This document shows positions 1-10,621 of a stretch of 64,000 bases of DNA, piece after piece. The notes under the pieces were generated by a model. That model did not search any database. It had not been told where the DNA came from and was given only the letters and a program-made list of their open reading frames with translations. A program made the translations under genes and the position numbers. Each line of letters starts with the position of its first letter. Within the stretch, counting starts at the first letter, position 1. Origin of the DNA: Synergistales bacterium (GTDB lineage Bacteria; Synergistota; Synergistia; Synergistales; JAFGMB01); the NCBI GenBank assembly GCA_963666205.1, contig OY762654.1, forward strand, positions 960,001-1,024,000, given 5' to 3'.

Positions 1-2
1 CG

Positions 3-764
3 GCAGGCAGGCTGGTATGCCTTAATGCCGGCACCGGAGAGCTGATATGGCAATTCTCGGCAGGTACAGAGATCAATACCGGAGCTATTCATTCATCTCC
101 GGCTCTCCTCGACGAATATATCTATTTTACAAGTGCTGACGGAAATCTATATGCCCTTGACAGTACAACGGGGAAAAAGATCTGGACCTTTGGAACTGGA
201 AGAGAAGTGAGATGTTCTCCGGTGGTCCACGAAGGTCTTGTCTATTTTGGAGACCATACCTGGAAATTTCACGCCCTTGACGGGAAAACAGGCAAAAAGA
301 TCTGGGGAGGTGGGGCAGGAGGCCCCATTGATGCTTCCCCTTCAATTTCCGGTAACAGTATCTACTTTGGAGGATGGGACGGAACCCTGTACGCAACAAA
401 GTTAAGGGGAGTGATCCCATCATGGCGTTTCAATACCGGATCCGAGATCACAACCTCCCCCGCTGTAATAGCTGACAGGATATTTGTGGGTACTGTAAGC
501 GGAGATCTTATATCCATAGAAGCGAGTATGGGCAGGGAGATCTGGAGATTCCACTCGGAAGGAGGGATACATGCTTCCCCCGCACTCACAGAAAACACTG
601 TATTTATGGGCAGTTCAAACGGAAATCTCTACGCTATCGATGTAAGGAGCGGAGAGAGCCTGTGGAGCATATCCACAGGACGGGAGATCCTGTCATCTCC
701 AATAATTGTTTCGGGTATCCTGTTTTTCGGCAGTATGGATGGAAGATTTTATGCAGTCAGATAA
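3..764 (+). CDS. PQQ-like beta-propeller repeat protein (BamB/YxaL-like), 5'-truncated by the window edge
   Basis: The frame is open from position 3 (AGRLVCLNAGTGELIWQF...), upstream of the listed 207 start; repeated units such as LYALDSTTGKKIW, SSPA and GSxDGxLYA. Confidence 0.85.
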   Translation, partial: AGRLVCLNAGTGELIWQFSAGTEINTGAIHSSPALLDEYIYFTSADGNLYALDSTTGKKIWTFGTGREVRCSPVVHEGLVYFGDHTWKFHALDGKTGKKIWGGGAGGPIDASPSISGNSIYFGGWDGTLYATKLRGVIPSWRFNTGSEITTSPAVIADRIFVGTVSGDLISIEASMGREIWRFHSEGGIHASPALTENTVFMGSSNGNLYAIDVRSGESLWSISTGREILSSPIIVSGILFFGSMDGRFYAVR

Positions 765-1032
765 AATATCCCCTTACCAGGAACAGATGCCTTTTAATTC
801 TTGATCTTAAAGGAAATATAACCAGGCATCAGACTTATTAAAACTTATTGCCGGGAAGAAGGAGTGGCCTGTTAATTACAAAAACTGCATAAACATAAAT
901 AAAGGATTTCTTCATCCGGATAAAGGGCTATTTTGATGAAAATATATTAAAATAATTTTCAGATACTGGAAAGATGATGATTCCTGATTCGATCTGCCCC
1001 CTTCTATGCCTTTGAAAGAGGTGATCCATGTT

Positions 1033-1845
1033 ATGGATTGGTATTTCCCTACAGAACTGAAGGAAGTGCCCCCACTCCTTAAAAAAGAAGGGGTAGTTCC
1101 CCACGGTGGAGGAACTGGCCTCTTAAGGACCGGCCTCAGCAGGTTAAAGGGCCTGGTGGATCTCTCGGAACTGAACCTGGATACGATTGAAGAGAAAGAT
1201 GGTTCCATCATTCTCGGATCCTCCAGCACCTATTCCATGATCTGCAGGGCCCTGGTGCAGAAAGATCCCGGATCCATACTAACCAGGGCACTATCCATAG
1301 CTGCTTCAACTCCTCTCAGGAACAGGATAACCCTGGGCGGAAGCATAGCGTCCTTCCCTATATGGTCAGACCTGATGGGCCCCCTCATAGCTCTCGGATC
1401 TCAGGTAACTATTCTGGAAGAAACTGAAATAAAACACCCCGTAGAGCACCTCGCAGCGAACAGAGAGTTACTTGGGGGGAGTCTCATAACCGGAATAGAA
1501 TACAAAAAAGAATGGTCTTTAAGCTGGTATCACCGTCATACAAGGGTTGCCTTTGACTACCCCCTCTTTACCCTGACCATCCTGTTAAAGATAGAGACTG
1601 GAATGATAACGGATTCCAGAATAGTAGTTACAGGTACCAGGAACAGGTTCACCAGGATCTATGAACTTGAAACCCTGCTTGCAGGACACTCGGCAGATTC
1701 TCCAGACCCGGCTGAACTGGTGGAGAAAGTGCCGGAACTTCAATTCCCCGAAAGAAAGACAGCATCTGCAGAACAGCTGAACTACCTCCTCAGAATATGG
1801 CTGAAGCGAGGTATCAGGGAGATCACCGGGGGGGAGAGAACATGA
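1033..1845 (+). CDS. Xanthine dehydrogenase family FAD-binding subunit (YgfM/CoxM-like)
   Basis: GGGTGL and LRNRITLGGSI motifs; SD GAGGTG before ATG at 1033. Confidence 0.85.
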   Translation: MDWYFPTELKEVPPLLKKEGVVPHGGGTGLLRTGLSRLKGLVDLSELNLDTIEEKDGSIILGSSSTYSMICRALVQKDPGSILTRALSIAASTPLRNRITLGGSIASFPIWSDLMGPLIALGSQVTILEETEIKHPVEHLAANRELLGGSLITGIEYKKEWSLSWYHRHTRVAFDYPLFTLTILLKIETGMITDSRIVVTGTRNRFTRIYELETLLAGHSADSPDPAELVEKVPELQFPERKTASAEQLNYLLRIWLKRGIREITGGERT

Positions 1846-2309
1846 AAGATATTTTCATGGTAAATGGCCAGAGAATGGAGTATGAATTTGATGAGCCTGA
1901 TGTACTCCTTGATGTCCTGAGAAATAACGGTCACTATGAGGTTAAGAAGGGCTGCGGTGAGGGTGAATGCGGAGCCTGCGCAATTCTCCTTGACGGTATC
2001 CTGGTCAATTCCTGTCAGGTACTTGCCGCTTCTGTAAGAGGAAAAGAGATAACTACGGTCAGGGGCCTGGGAAATGTTCATGAACCCCACCCCCTGCAGG
2101 AAGCTTTTGCTGATGCAGGCGCTATTCAATGCGGTTTCTGCACACCCGGAATGATACTTGCTTCCTATGCCCTTTTGAACGAGAATCCCCATCCCTCAGA
2201 CGACGAAATTAAACAGGCCCTGGACGGGAACATCTGCCGATGTACCGGATACGTCAAGATCTTTGAGGCAGTGAGACTTGCTGCGGAGAGGATGGGGGAA
2301 AATGTCTGA
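1842..2309 (+). CDS. Xanthine dehydrogenase family 2x[2Fe-2S] subunit
   Basis: GCGEGECGAC and QCGFC...NICRCTGY motifs; ATGA overlap with the upstream stop. Confidence 0.92.
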   Translation: MKDIFMVNGQRMEYEFDEPDVLLDVLRNNGHYEVKKGCGEGECGACAILLDGILVNSCQVLAASVRGKEITTVRGLGNVHEPHPLQEAFADAGAIQCGFCTPGMILASYALLNENPHPSDDEIKQALDGNICRCTGYVKIFEAVRLAAERMGENV

Positions 2310-4620
2310 ACTGAAGAACGTGGGGAAATCTGTCAGAAAAGTGGATGCCTTCTCCATTGCAGCAGGAAGGGCTCTTTATACCGACGATTTTCCCCTGGAG
2401 AACCCCCTTGATCTGATGCTTCTCCATTCTCCCTATGCCCATGCCGAGATAACTGCCATAAACACATCAGAGGCTGAACTGGTAGACGGTGTGGTCGATA
2501 TCCTCACCTGCGAGAATACTCCTGATACTCTATATACAACTGCAGGACAGGGATATCCTGAACCATCCCCTTACGACTACCGCATGTTCGACAGAAAGGT
2601 CAGGTTCATTGGGGACCGTGTAGCCCTGGTTGCAGCGGAAACACCCGAAGCAGCTCGAAAAGCCCTTACAATGATCCAGGTGAAATATCGGGAACTGGAA
2701 GCTGTCTTTGATCCGGAAAAATCCATGGAACCCCTTGCCCCTAAACTTCATGGTAACGATGCCTATACCCCTCTTCCTGTAAAATACGATCCCCTTAGAA
2801 ACCTCGCTGCAGAGGTGGAACTGGGTTTCGGAGATATGGTAAAAGGATTTTCTGAAGCAGATATGGTCGAGGACAACATCTATCACACCCATTTTGCTTC
2901 CCACTGTGCCATGGAACCCCATGCCACAAAGGCCTATTTCGACGAAAAGGGACGGCTCGTCGTGATAACCTCCACCCAGGTCCCCTTCCATGTCAGAAGG
3001 ACCATCGCCAGGGTCCTCGACATCCCTCTCCGGTCCATCCGGGTTGTAAAACCGCGAATAGGAGGAGGGTTCGGGGGAAAACAGGAGATAATCCTTGAAC
3101 CCATGGCGGCCTATGTAGCATGGAAACATAAAAGGTCCGTCAGATTCGTCCTTTCCAGAAAAGAGGTATTCACCTTCTGCCGCACGAGACATCCATTCCG
3201 TATCCGTTTCAGAACAGGATACCGTAAAGATGGCACCATCACTGCCATGGATGTGGACGCCCTTATGAATTCAGGAGCTTACGGAGCTCACGCTCTGACC
3301 GTTCTTTCAAATTCAGGTTCAAAAATGCTTCCCCTGTTCAACAGGATCGAAAATGTCCATTTCCTCGGAAGGACTGTTTACACGAACACTCCCGTAGGAG
3401 GAGCATACAGGGGATACGGTGCCACCCAGGCATATTTTGGTTTTAACCAGCAGATCGACATCATAGCAAGAAAGACCGGCCAGGATATACTTGATTTTGC
3501 AAAAAAATGGCATATCAGAAAAGGAGAAACATCGGAAGTCTTCAGGATCCTTGGAGAAGGCAAGGAAGGAGTTGAACAGTATATCGGTTCATGCAGACTT
3601 GACGAATGCATAGACAGAGGCTCTGAAAAGATCCGTTGGTATGAGCGGCGGGACCTTCATTTTTCACCAGCTCCCGAAAAGATCCGGGGGGTCGGGATGG
3701 CCATCTCCATGCAGGGTTCGGCAATACCCCTCATCGATATGGCAAGCGCTTCCATGAAAATGAATGAGGATGCCTCTTTTAATCTTCATGTCGGCGCGAC
3801 CGATCTGGGTACAGGCTCAGACACAGTCCTTTCGCAGATCGCCGCAGAGGTTCTGGGCGTATCTACGGAAAAGATCATCATCCTCTCCTCGGACACAGAT
3901 CTTACTCCCTTTGATGTGGGTGCCTATGCTTCATCCACCACATATCTTTCAGGAAAGGCCGTGGAGAAATGCGCCTTGAACATCCGGGAACAGATCCTCT
4001 CCACAGCTTCCCGGATCATGGAAATCCCCGCGGATGAACTTCTTTACGGAGAAGGCAGGATAACAGATCGCAGTGGATCCAGGGAAGTAAGCCTTGAAGA
4101 AGTCTGTCTCCATGCTCTTTACACAAAGGATCAGTACCAGATCCAGTCATGTGCATCCCATGTGGCCAGTGAATCCCCTCCTCCCTTCATGGCGCAGTTC
4201 GCAGAAGTTGAGGTGGATATCCAGACAGGGGAAGTCAGGGTCATAAAATTTGTATCCGCCGTTGACTGCGGCAGGGCAATAAATCCCCGCCTGGCTGAAG
4301 GACAGGTAGAAGGGGCAACTATCAACGGGATCAGCTACGCCCTTCATGAAAATTATATTTTCAACGGGAAGGGAAGGATGATGAACGATTCATTCTGGGA
4401 TTACAAGATATTCACTGCACCGGATATACCTGAAATACATACAATAGTTGTGGATTCCGAGGAACAGACCGGCCCATATGGAGCCAAATCTGTTTCAGAA
4501 ATAGGTCTGAACGGACCTGCACCAGCCATAGCTAATGCCATTTATGATGCCATTGGGATAAGATTGTTCAAAACGCCCTTCACTCCAGACAAAATACTCA
4601 GGGAACTGAAAAAACTATAG
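2302..4620 (+). CDS. Xanthine dehydrogenase family molybdopterin-binding subunit (XdhD/YgfN-like)
   Basis: GGGFGGKQ, AYRGYG, GAYASSTT, GQVEG and GAKSVSE motifs; N-terminal TAGQGYPEPSP segment recalled from XdhD/YgfN-type proteins. Confidence 0.92.
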   Translation: MSELKNVGKSVRKVDAFSIAAGRALYTDDFPLENPLDLMLLHSPYAHAEITAINTSEAELVDGVVDILTCENTPDTLYTTAGQGYPEPSPYDYRMFDRKVRFIGDRVALVAAETPEAARKALTMIQVKYRELEAVFDPEKSMEPLAPKLHGNDAYTPLPVKYDPLRNLAAEVELGFGDMVKGFSEADMVEDNIYHTHFASHCAMEPHATKAYFDEKGRLVVITSTQVPFHVRRTIARVLDIPLRSIRVVKPRIGGGFGGKQEIILEPMAAYVAWKHKRSVRFVLSRKEVFTFCRTRHPFRIRFRTGYRKDGTITAMDVDALMNSGAYGAHALTVLSNSGSKMLPLFNRIENVHFLGRTVYTNTPVGGAYRGYGATQAYFGFNQQIDIIARKTGQDILDFAKKWHIRKGETSEVFRILGEGKEGVEQYIGSCRLDECIDRGSEKIRWYERRDLHFSPAPEKIRGVGMAISMQGSAIPLIDMASASMKMNEDASFNLHVGATDLGTGSDTVLSQIAAEVLGVSTEKIIILSSDTDLTPFDVGAYASSTTYLSGKAVEKCALNIREQILSTASRIMEIPADELLYGEGRITDRSGSREVSLEEVCLHALYTKDQYQIQSCASHVASESPPPFMAQFAEVEVDIQTGEVRVIKFVSAVDCGRAINPRLAEGQVEGATINGISYALHENYIFNGKGRMMNDSFWDYKIFTAPDIPEIHTIVVDSEEQTGPYGAKSVSEIGLNGPAPAIANAIYDAIGIRLFKTPFTPDKILRELKKL

Positions 4621-4638
4621 TCAGGAAAGGTCCAGCCC

Positions 4639-5937
4639 ATGGAAAATATGGATAAATTCTATCTGACCCACGGCACTATCACTGACGGTAATTCCCTTTT
4701 CATTGAAGACGGTGCAATGCAGATCGATAATGGAAAGATGACCTGGATCGGTCCGGAAAAGGAGATGGAAGATCCGCAGGGATTTGAAATAGACATGGGA
4801 GGACGGATGCTGATACCTGGACTGATCAACCCCCACCACCACCTTTACTCATATTTTGCCACAGGCCTTGCACCCTGCGGGGAAACTGGAACCTTTCTCC
4901 AGATCCTGGAAAATCTCTGGTGGCATCTTGACCGCAACCTGGATGCGGAAAGTATTTACTATTCAGCCCTTGCCGCCGTAATGGATGCTGTCAGATACGG
5001 CATTACCACTATTTTTGACCACCATGCGTCCATGTCCCGGGTATCCGGAAGCCTTTCCACCCTTGGCAAAGCCTTTGATGAAGTGGGGATAAGGGGACTC
5101 CTGTGCTATGAAACTTCAGATCGTAATGGAGACCTGGAGGTAGCAAAGCATATCAGGGAAAACATCGACTTCTGGGAACAGCATAAAGATTCGGACAATC
5201 TTAAAGGCTGTTTCGGCCTTCATGCCAATCTCACTCTCTGCGAGGAAACCATGGAGGTAATTGCAGGAATGAAACCACCCGGAATGCCCATCCATATTCA
5301 CTGCGGAGAAGCAGAGGAAGATCTGGATTACTGTGTGGAACTCGGCTACACGGGCCCCGTGGACAGGCTTTATTCTCATGGGCTTCTCGATGAAAGGTCC
5401 ATACTGGCACATGCTGTACATCTTTCCAATAAGGACCTGGAAATACTTCAAGAAATTTCACCAGTCGTAGTGAGTCTCCCCGAATCAAACGCAAATAACC
5501 GTGTGGGATCCATGAACAGGGAGAAGTTAAGTTCTTTCGTTCTGGGAACAGATGGAATGGGCTGTGACATGATCCAGACCCTCAGATCATATTATCTCCT
5601 GGGAAATGGAAACCAGGAATCCTTTGAGGAAATGAGAAAACTCTTTTTTGACCGTCCCATAAAGGTTCTGAACCTTTATTTTCCAGGAATGGGGACCCTG
5701 GAGCCCGGAAATACAGCAGACCTGGCCATACTTAACTATATACCACTCTCCCCTGTTTCAAGGGAAAATGTGATCTCCCATCTTATCTTCGGAGCCCGCT
5801 CGGCCAGATCATGGATGACCATTTCAAGGGGAAGGATAATCTGGAGGGAGGAACATTTCCCCTTCCTGAACGAGAAAGAGATCCTTATCAATACAAAAAA
5901 AGCAGTAAAAGCTCTCCATAAAAGATTTATGACCTGA
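4639..5937 (+). CDS. SsnA-like metal-dependent amidohydrolase
   Basis: PGLINPHHHLYS, FLQILENLWWHLD, GITTIFDHHAS, GLHA, HIHCGE and LGTDG motifs. Confidence 0.85.
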   Translation: MENMDKFYLTHGTITDGNSLFIEDGAMQIDNGKMTWIGPEKEMEDPQGFEIDMGGRMLIPGLINPHHHLYSYFATGLAPCGETGTFLQILENLWWHLDRNLDAESIYYSALAAVMDAVRYGITTIFDHHASMSRVSGSLSTLGKAFDEVGIRGLLCYETSDRNGDLEVAKHIRENIDFWEQHKDSDNLKGCFGLHANLTLCEETMEVIAGMKPPGMPIHIHCGEAEEDLDYCVELGYTGPVDRLYSHGLLDERSILAHAVHLSNKDLEILQEISPVVVSLPESNANNRVGSMNREKLSSFVLGTDGMGCDMIQTLRSYYLLGNGNQESFEEMRKLFFDRPIKVLNLYFPGMGTLEPGNTADLAILNYIPLSPVSRENVISHLIFGARSARSWMTISRGRIIWREEHFPFLNEKEILINTKKAVKALHKRFMT

Positions 5938-5974
5938 TCTGAATAATAGCTGTATCAAGGGAGGGAAAACTATC

Positions 5975-6895
5975 GTGGCGGATATTTCGGTCATAGTAAA
6001 TGGTGTAAGTTTTAAAAACCCCGTCCTGACCGCTGCCGGACCCAATGTGGGCTCAGAAGAAATGATACATAAAGCAATTGGAGGAGGGGCTGGAGGACTA
6101 GTCACCAAAACTGTTTCTGTTTATCCTGCAAAGGATAACAGGCCCACCATAAAAAAGGGAAACTTCGAAGGTCTCTTCAACTGTGAAACATGGTCAGAAA
6201 AACCCCTCCTCTATTTCACGCCAGCCTGTCATTACGTCAGGACCAGCAGAATTCCCCTGATAGTCTCCATAGGCTACTCGCCTGAGGATGTGAGCAATCT
6301 TGGGTCTATCCTTGAAAAAGAGGTGCAGCCCGATATCATTGAATTTTCCACCCATTACACCGGCAGATCACTGAAACCTCTTCTGGCTGTGGCAGAATCT
6401 CTCAAGAGAACAGTAAGCTGCCCCATATGGATGAAGGTTTCCCCTGGAATACCTGATCTGGAAGAGCTGGCTCTTTCAGCTTCATCCATAGTCGATGGCT
6501 TCGTTGCCATAAATTCCCTTGGCCCGGCACTGGATATCGATATTGAAAATCCCCATCCCTTCCTCGGCTCATCCTATGGAGAGGGATGGCTCTCGGGACC
6601 ACCCATACTTCCCATTGCTCTCTGCACCGTCTACAGGCTGGCAAAGATCCAGTCCAAACCTGTCATCGGCGCAGGAGGAATTTCTTCGGGAGAAGATGCC
6701 ATAAAATTTTTTATGGCAGGAGCTTCCCTGGTACAGATATGTACTGCAGCCCTTCGAAAGGGACCTGAAATATATGGAAAGGTCGCAGGGGAAATAGATG
6801 AATGGCTTGATTCTCATAATTATTCATCGTTACAGGAAATAAGAGGGTTATATATAAGAAATGCAGAGGAAAGGGCAAAACTCATGGATCCTTAA
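5975..6895 (+). CDS. Dihydroorotate/dihydropyrimidine dehydrogenase-like FMN protein
   Basis: FKNPVLTAAGP, GLVTKT, AINS, GWLSGP, GAGGI and GASLVQIC motifs; GTG start after GGGAGG. Confidence 0.8.
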   Translation: MADISVIVNGVSFKNPVLTAAGPNVGSEEMIHKAIGGGAGGLVTKTVSVYPAKDNRPTIKKGNFEGLFNCETWSEKPLLYFTPACHYVRTSRIPLIVSIGYSPEDVSNLGSILEKEVQPDIIEFSTHYTGRSLKPLLAVAESLKRTVSCPIWMKVSPGIPDLEELALSASSIVDGFVAINSLGPALDIDIENPHPFLGSSYGEGWLSGPPILPIALCTVYRLAKIQSKPVIGAGGISSGEDAIKFFMAGASLVQICTAALRKGPEIYGKVAGEIDEWLDSHNYSSLQEIRGLYIRNAEERAKLMDP

Positions 6896-6931
6896 ATGGA
6901 CACTGACACATCATCATAAGGAGGCCCGATA

Positions 6932-9238
6932 ATGAAAAAGATCATCGACAGATACATCGGTTCTACCCTTCCTCGACCTGACGGGTGGGAAAAGGTAACG
7001 GGCCGGGCTATGTTCATAGATGATATCACTTTTCCCGACATGTGGTTCGGCAGGACCATAAGGTCATCAATACCTTCCGGAATTATCAGAAAGATAGAAA
7101 TGGATCCTGCCTTCGAATGGTCGAAGGTGGCTGTTATCAGGGCAGAAGATCTTCCCGGACCGAATGAAGTCTGCATGGTTGAAAATGACCTGCCCATACT
7201 GGCAGAGGAGAAGATCCGCTATTGCGGAGAACCCGTCATCCTCATCGCCGCTCCTGAAAAGGCTTTACTTGAAGCAGCCGTAAAGGCCATTTCCATTGTC
7301 ACAGCAGAAAAGGAACCTCTTCTGACAATAGAAGAAAGCATTCAAGGGAAAAAGTTGCTCTACGGAAAGGATAATATATTTGCAGATTACACCGTATCCG
7401 ATGGTAATCCTGATATGGCCTTGAAAAAGGCAGATATGATCATAGAGGGAACCTATCAGACAGGATATCAGGAACAGCTCTACCTGGAAACTCAGGGAAT
7501 GATCGCCCGGTCCGTTGGAAATGGCATAGAGATAATCGGGTCCATGCAATGTCCCTATTACATACACAGGGCGGCTTGCCATGCCCTTCCCTTTGATCCG
7601 GAGAACATTGTCATAAAACAGGCGGTAACAGGGGGAGGGTTTGGAGGAAAAGAGGATTATCCTTCAGTAATAGGGATCCATGCAGCCCTGCTCGCCATGA
7701 AGAGCGGCCACCCGGTAAAGATGGTCTATGGCAGGGAAGAGGACCTTCTTGTTACGCCGAAGCGCCACCCATCTCTGATAAGGCACAGAACAGGTGTCCT
7801 GAAAGACGGGACCATTATCGCTTCTGAAATTGAGCTCTTTCTTGATGGAGGTGCTTATTCCACCCTGAGCAAAGTAGTTCTACAGAGAGCTATTCTTCAT
7901 GCTGCAGGTCCATACAGGATACCAGACATATATATAAGGGGGAGGGCATTAGCGACAAATACACCTCCTTGCAGCGCCTTCAGGGGCTTTGGGGTTCCCC
8001 AGAGCTGTTTTGCCGTTGAAAGACAGATGGATCGGATTGCCGCAAGACTTGGGATAGACCCCCTTGATCTGCGGAAAAAGAACCTCCTTCAGAACGGCAA
8101 CCGGTTTCCCTTCGGCCAGGAATTCACAGAAGGAGAAAACCTTAACCTGGTCCTGGAAAAAGCTGTTGAGCTTTCTGGTTACAAAAGGAAAAGGGCTTTT
8201 CCTCCGAAGACCTGTTCTTCTTCGGGGAAATACGGGATAGGCCTGTCCCTGTACTTTCACGGAGGAGGATTTACCGGAAGTGGGGAAGAGAAGATCGATG
8301 GGAAGGCAAAGGTGATATATGTAGGGAACGGCCTGATCGAAATTCTTGTCAGCAGTGTTGAGATGGGACAGGGAGCCACAGTAATGTTCACTTCCCTGGC
8401 TGCGGAGACGATGGAGCTGCCCCCTTCAATGTTCATACACCCTCAACCCGATACTTCCATCGTTCCCGACAGCGGACCCACCGTCGCATCGCGAACAACC
8501 ATGTTCGTAGGCCGGATAGTCATGGATGCCTGTCATAAACTTCTTGAAACACTCAGGGCTGCCGTTGGAAAATGGCATAAGGCTGAAAATGGGGATATTC
8601 TTTATTCAAAGGGTCTCTTCTCCTCAAAGAATGGGCCGCTGGGACACTTCACCGAAATGGCAGACAGATTTCTCCTGGAAGAAGGCCCCCTTTCAGGTTT
8701 TGCCAGATACATACCTCCCGAGGGAATGTTGTGGAATGAAGACTCTTTCACCGGAGCTGCCTACAAGAGTTATTCCTGGGGAGCAGATGTGGCAGAGGTC
8801 GAAGTGGATATGAACACCTATGAGATAAAACCGGTTAGAATAACTACCGTTGTTGAGATAGGTAAAGTTATCAATGAAATAACGGCAATTGGCCAGGTTG
8901 AAGGCGGGAAACTCCAGTCCCTAGGATACGGCTACCTTGAAGAGATGAAGATCAGGAAAGGGAAATTTGAGAGTGGGCACATGACCCAGTATCACATTCC
9001 GACTTCCATGGACTGTCCCGATTTTCATGTTTCCATTGAGGAGATCCCATATACAGGAGGTCCCTACGGAGCGAAGGGCCTCGGGGAGCTTCCCATGGAC
9101 GGCGGAGCTCCAGCCCTCGTTTCTGCCATAGAAAATGCCACGGGACTTTCTCCGGATCAGATACCAGTTACCGGAGAGAGGCTGGAAGAACTTCAGCGTG
9201 AAATGGCTCCTGGAGAAAAAGGAGGACTCAACAAATGA
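6932..9238 (+). CDS. Second xanthine dehydrogenase family molybdopterin-binding subunit
   Basis: GGGFGGKE, AFRGFG, EMGQG, TVASRTT and GAKGLGE motifs; SD AGGAGG. Confidence 0.92.
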   Translation: MKKIIDRYIGSTLPRPDGWEKVTGRAMFIDDITFPDMWFGRTIRSSIPSGIIRKIEMDPAFEWSKVAVIRAEDLPGPNEVCMVENDLPILAEEKIRYCGEPVILIAAPEKALLEAAVKAISIVTAEKEPLLTIEESIQGKKLLYGKDNIFADYTVSDGNPDMALKKADMIIEGTYQTGYQEQLYLETQGMIARSVGNGIEIIGSMQCPYYIHRAACHALPFDPENIVIKQAVTGGGFGGKEDYPSVIGIHAALLAMKSGHPVKMVYGREEDLLVTPKRHPSLIRHRTGVLKDGTIIASEIELFLDGGAYSTLSKVVLQRAILHAAGPYRIPDIYIRGRALATNTPPCSAFRGFGVPQSCFAVERQMDRIAARLGIDPLDLRKKNLLQNGNRFPFGQEFTEGENLNLVLEKAVELSGYKRKRAFPPKTCSSSGKYGIGLSLYFHGGGFTGSGEEKIDGKAKVIYVGNGLIEILVSSVEMGQGATVMFTSLAAETMELPPSMFIHPQPDTSIVPDSGPTVASRTTMFVGRIVMDACHKLLETLRAAVGKWHKAENGDILYSKGLFSSKNGPLGHFTEMADRFLLEEGPLSGFARYIPPEGMLWNEDSFTGAAYKSYSWGADVAEVEVDMNTYEIKPVRITTVVEIGKVINEITAIGQVEGGKLQSLGYGYLEEMKIRKGKFESGHMTQYHIPTSMDCPDFHVSIEEIPYTGGPYGAKGLGELPMDGGAPALVSAIENATGLSPDQIPVTGERLEELQREMAPGEKGGLNK

Positions 9239-10617
9239 GATTCAATATGACTGTCAATGGAAAAGATATCCATATTGAGGCTCCTCCTTTAAGAAGGTTA
9301 CTCGATATTCTCCGTGAAGATCTGGGACTGACCGGTACGAAGGAAGGCTGCGGGGAGGGAGAATGCGGAGCCTGTGCAGTTATCATGGACGGCATGCTTG
9401 TAAATTCATGCATGGTGCCAGCCATACAGCTTCCCGGGAAAGATATTCTTACAATTGAAGGATTGGGATCACCTGAAGAACCGGACCTTCTCCAAAGGGC
9501 CTTTGTAGAGGAAGGCGCTGTTCAGTGCGGCTTCTGCACACCTGGGATGGTAATGGCATCAAGGTTTCTACTGAGCCAGAACAATAACCCTGATAAAGAA
9601 CAGATCCGTATGGGACTTGCAGGCAACCTCTGCAGATGTACCGGATACGAAAGGATTTTCAGAGCTGTTGAAAGAGCCGCGGAAGAAGGATATGGCGAAA
9701 CCATCGAACCATCCTTCTTCCTTTCAACTCCAGGCTCCTTTGAATTATGTGAGAATGAGAAGAACAGGATTTTCATCCCCCATAGTACCGGGGAAGCCCT
9801 GGCAATTCTTAAAACACATGGAGAAATTATAACCCTCCTGGCAGGAACGACAGATATCATGGTTCAATTAAAAAACGGCAGAAAAGAACCGGAAGCCCTG
9901 ATGGATATATCACGAATACCGGAACTGTCAGATATCTCCCTTGAAGATGATTCCCTGCAAATCGGCAGTTGTTCCACCTATTCCAGGATCTACTCCAATC
10001 CCATAGTCCAGTCACACTTCCCGGCCCTGGAAAAAGCAGCCAGGCTGAATGGAGCAATAACCCTCCAGAATAGAGCTACCCTGGGTGGTAATCTCATGAC
10101 AGCATCTCCCGCTGCAGATATGCCACCTGTTCTCATGGCCCTGGATGCAAAGGCAGTACTGAGAAGCACCTCCGGATCAAGGGAGATCAGCGTCACAAAA
10201 CTATGGACAGGCTATAGAAATACGGTGAGACTCCCTGAAGAAATTCTCATAGGGATTAAAGTTCCTATCCCTTCAGAAAACAGCAGGCAGATATTTTATA
10301 AAAGGGGATCAAGATCCATGCTTACCATTGCAAGGGTTTCATTAGCTGGATATATAGGGATAGATGAAAATGGGAGTATTGTTGAACCCAGGTTTGCCGT
10401 CGGGACAATGGGAAAGACAGCCTTTATGCTTGAAGATCTCCGGAATTTTCTTGAGGGCAAAGCTCTTACAGAAGATATTGCCATCAAAGCTGGCAATATA
10501 GCTTCAGGGAGTGTAAATCCAAGAAAGACACCCGAATACAGAAAGCAGGTTACGGGGAACCTCGTAAAGAAATTTCTTCTTGATATAATTGGAGAAAGAG
10601 ATCAGAAGGAGGAATAA
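9235..10617 (+). CDS. Fused 2x[2Fe-2S] + FAD-binding subunit of a xanthine dehydrogenase family enzyme
   Basis: N-terminal GCGEGECGAC/QCGFC/LCRCTGY followed by LAGTTD, QNRATLGGN and SPAAD. Confidence 0.9.
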   Translation: MRFNMTVNGKDIHIEAPPLRRLLDILREDLGLTGTKEGCGEGECGACAVIMDGMLVNSCMVPAIQLPGKDILTIEGLGSPEEPDLLQRAFVEEGAVQCGFCTPGMVMASRFLLSQNNNPDKEQIRMGLAGNLCRCTGYERIFRAVERAAEEGYGETIEPSFFLSTPGSFELCENEKNRIFIPHSTGEALAILKTHGEIITLLAGTTDIMVQLKNGRKEPEALMDISRIPELSDISLEDDSLQIGSCSTYSRIYSNPIVQSHFPALEKAARLNGAITLQNRATLGGNLMTASPAADMPPVLMALDAKAVLRSTSGSREISVTKLWTGYRNTVRLPEEILIGIKVPIPSENSRQIFYKRGSRSMLTIARVSLAGYIGIDENGSIVEPRFAVGTMGKTAFMLEDLRNFLEGKALTEDIAIKAGNIASGSVNPRKTPEYRKQVTGNLVKKFLLDIIGERDQKEE

Positions 10618-10621
10618 TAAA

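Noticed and set aside
865-881. Possible sigma54 promoter TGGCCTGTTAATTACA before the Xdh operon
   Set aside because: The -12 element reads AC rather than the conserved GC
5935-5946. Sec read-through at the TGA stop of the SsnA-like gene
   Set aside because: TAA follows after two codons and the protein is already full length
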